Below are positions 60,787 to 63,175 of a stretch of DNA of 63,175 nucleotides, one piece after another. The DNA is from Bacteroidales bacterium (GTDB taxonomy: Bacteria; Bacteroidota; Bacteroidia; Bacteroidales; UBA10428), in assembly GCA_016936215.1 (NCBI GenBank), contig JAFGPL010000029.1, positions 1 through 63,175 of the forward strand, given 5' to 3'. Both the position numbers and the translations under genes were made by a program. Below the pieces are notes generated by a model that saw only the letters and a list, made by a program, of their open reading frames with translations, ran no database searches and was not told where the DNA came from. Position 1 is the stretch's first letter; each line of letters starts with the position of its first letter.

Positions 60787-63122
60787 CTTTCAATTTCTTT
60801 CAAAAACCTGGCAAGTTTAGCAGATGGGGATGAACCATTACCCTTAAAAACAGCCCTATTCCCGAATACAATAAAACAATCTTTTGCCCTTGAAACAGCT
60901 ACGTTTAACATATTGGGTTTATTATCCCTGTCAAAGAAATATCCTTTTCCAATATCATTACCTGAATATACTGTCGAGAATATTACAATTGGGCGTTCTG
61001 CACCTTGTAAAGCATGAACTGTACCGATTTTCATTCCGAGAGGCTTTATTCCTTTCAATTTTAATACTTTTGAAATAGTCAATTTCTGTGCTGTAAATGG
61101 CGTTATAATACCTACTAAATCTTTCAATTGGGGTGCTTTATAAGTAACTGACTTATCAGTCTTTTCGTATTCCTTTAAGGACTGTTTGCCATAAAAATCA
61201 AGTATATAGGCTTGGTTCTTCGTTAACCATTCTGCAATTGCCAATGCTTCTTCTTTGTTTGCCCTGCTTTTGTTTATTGTAAATGATTTTCCGTCCACAT
61301 GAACCAATGACATTGGAATAAATGGTTCATTTTTTGATTTTCCCCTTCTTGGTTCAAGCAGGTTATTGTATGCTAATACATTGCAATACTGAATAATTTC
61401 ATCATAGCATCTTCGGTGTTCTGTTAATAAAAATCCCCTTTCCTCAAATTCCTGAAGTTGATATTTGCAGCTTTTCTGTGCAAGCTTCATTATGCTGCCT
61501 GATGAACCCAGATACCCCAAATCATCAAGTTTTTCTATTCTTTTTTTATCTTCTTCACCCTTTATAATACCGTATCTGATTAAATTGGAATAATCAACTT
61601 TAGGAGGCACATTCCAAACAGGTTCTATTTGCTTTATATCACCTACAACAATTGCTTTTTTCGCCAATGCAAATGATGCTGTACCAACTTCGGGGGCAAC
61701 CTGACCTGCCTCATCAACAATCAATAAATCTATTCCACCAATTAATGAAGGGGCTTCAAATGACGGTTTCCCATTACTTAGGGTTTTAATAAATCTCGAA
61801 TAAGTAAAAAATTTAGGAATCATGTAAAAGGTCGAAACGAAACATGGCGTTAACATGGCGAACCGTTGCCATTTTTTCAGGGCATAATCTTCATTATTTT
61901 TTCTTAATGTTTCAGCATCAAGACTTTCCATTTCCAAAATCCACCGGCCTTCCCAATAGTGGGTGGCTAACTGAAAAGTTTCATGTTTAATACCCGTTTC
62001 CAATTCATTATAGAAATAATCCAGATTTCGTTTTTCTTTTCTTCTTAGTTCATCAAATGTTAAAGGTGGATTGCTGTGTATATTATTATTGGCTTTCCAT
62101 TTATTCCAGGCTTCACTCAGATTTTTAATTTTTTCAATTAGTTGAAACTTAACCCTGAAAAAATCAATTAAGGTTTTAAGTTTATAGAAGTTAACCGAAT
62201 TGTAATCAATGGGGCAATTATTAAAACATGCTGCAATATTGGCCGCCCGTTCACCTCTGAAAAATATTATAAGAAGCTTTTTCCACCAAGGTTCTTGTTT
62301 TGAGTAGTCAAGGTAATTGGCCTGAATATCTTTTAATCTTGAATATTCACTATTGATAACATCTAATTTCAATTCGTTATCATTGAAATACATTGCAATA
62401 TCCTTCTGACCAGAATAATCTTCAACCACTTTAAAAATTCCTTTATACTCTTTCCAAGATTTAATCCCTGTTTTTAAAGCTTTATCAATCTTTAACAATT
62501 TATTCCTTAATTCATTTACCGCACCTGAAACATTATATTCCCTATATCCAGCGTATTCTTCAAATTTATCTAAAAAGAAATCCTTAGCAGCTTCAACATA
62601 TTCTGGGTTTTGAACCTTAGAAGGAAAGCCTTCACCAGTGAACTTATGATATAAAATATCGGGTGAAATATCCCTTTCTACATTCTTGTCTTTTGCAGGT
62701 AAGTATAATCCGTAACTTTTTAATTCGGGCAACCACCTACCAAATAGTTTTCCTTCTTTAGTCTTGGCTTTGGTAAAGCTGTCAATAATATTCACAACTG
62801 CCTGATTATTTGTTGAGGTTGCAACAATAATACTTGGTTCAGAACCTTCAATAGCTTTCTTTACAAACTCATTTGCAACCACGCTTTGAAGCAAGGTGGT
62901 TTTACCAGTACCAGGAGGCCCGTTTAATGCAAATACTTCATCCTCCTTACTGTGAACAAAATGGTATAAGGCGTTTCGCTGTGAGAAAGACATCGGAAAC
63001 TCAAAATTCATCTGCCCATAATGAAGGATTGTATCTTCTTCGTAGTCTGAAATGTCCCTTATTTTCTTATTAGAAGGGGAATTTTCATAATGGGGTATCC
63101 AGTCAACACCCGTGATTTTCAT
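60783..63122 (-). CDS. UPF1/DNA2-like superfamily 1 helicase (AAA_11/AAA_12), probably 5'-truncated or frameshifted
   Basis: NGPPGTGKTT, STNNQAV, DEAGQ, GDIKQIEP, EHRRC, ITPF, TVHALQGAE, NVAVSRAK. Confidence 0.88.
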   Translation of the reverse strand: MKITGVDWIPHYENSPSNKKIRDISDYEEDTILHYGQMNFEFPMSFSQRNALYHFVHSKEDEVFALNGPPGTGKTTLLQSVVANEFVKKAIEGSEPSIIVATSTNNQAVVNIIDSFTKAKTKEGKLFGRWLPELKSYGLYLPAKDKNVERDISPDILYHKFTGEGFPSKVQNPEYVEAAKDFFLDKFEEYAGYREYNVSGAVNELRNKLLKIDKALKTGIKSWKEYKGIFKVVEDYSGQKDIAMYFNDNELKLDVINSEYSRLKDIQANYLDYSKQEPWWKKLLIIFFRGERAANIAACFNNCPIDYNSVNFYKLKTLIDFFRVKFQLIEKIKNLSEAWNKWKANNNIHSNPPLTFDELRRKEKRNLDYFYNELETGIKHETFQLATHYWEGRWILEMESLDAETLRKNNEDYALKKWQRFAMLTPCFVSTFYMIPKFFTYSRFIKTLSNGKPSFEAPSLIGGIDLLIVDEAGQVAPEVGTASFALAKKAIVVGDIKQIEPVWNVPPKVDYSNLIRYGIIKGEEDKKRIEKLDDLGYLGSSGSIMKLAQKSCKYQLQEFEERGFLLTEHRRCYDEIIQYCNVLAYNNLLEPRRGKSKNEPFIPMSLVHVDGKSFTINKSRANKEEALAIAEWLTKNQAYILDFYGKQSLKEYEKTDKSVTYKAPQLKDLVGIITPFTAQKLTISKVLKLKGIKPLGMKIGTVHALQGAERPIVIFSTVYSGNDIGKGYFFDRDNKPNMLNVAVSRAKDCFIVFGNRAVFKGNGSSPSAKLARFLKEIER

Positions 63123-63175
63123 TTATAATTTTATCATATGTCACAGGTTCTGTAATAACAGCCTGTTCAAGTAAT

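Larger units (their letters stand above)
60518..63175. mobile_element. Probable left end of a tRNA-fMet-anchored genomic island, running off the window
   Basis: Switch from core to accessory content at the tRNA 3' end, visibly more AT-rich sequence, short direct repeats at 60565-60618; no integrase within the window. Confidence 0.5.

Overview
A 63 kb piece of a Bacteroidota chromosome, most likely an anaerobic Bacteroidales-type organism (evidence: sprA/T9SS, TAnnTTTG promoters, typical gene order). Mostly core genes: lepA; a coaX-barrel-TPR-lptC-hemolysin-ppiD envelope cluster; mfd; aspartate kinase; pdxA-ruvA-sprA-gcvH; tRNA-Leu-tig-clpP-clpX; a complete trp operon; mutL-rhomboid-rhomboid-EEP; M23-dxr-rseP-tatA-MltD-like; and tRNA-fMet. 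Best candidate for an undescribed system: a DUF4914-type protein carrying counterparts of the main PEP carboxykinase catalytic residues (with an SGGGKSE loop that I recall from PPi-dependent PEPCKs), co-operonic with a beta-carbonic anhydrase, i.e. a possible CO2-fixing module. Other notable points: (1) the trp operon has an unannotated WWWW leader-peptide attenuator plus a methyltransferase and a GNAT inserted with ATGA overlaps; (2) a structured RNA with alternative folds lies between tRNA-Leu and tig; (3) an AT-rich, apparently decaying island with a UPF1-like SF1 helicase starts right after tRNA-fMet and runs off the window. All family and domain calls come from motif recognition only; no searches were run.
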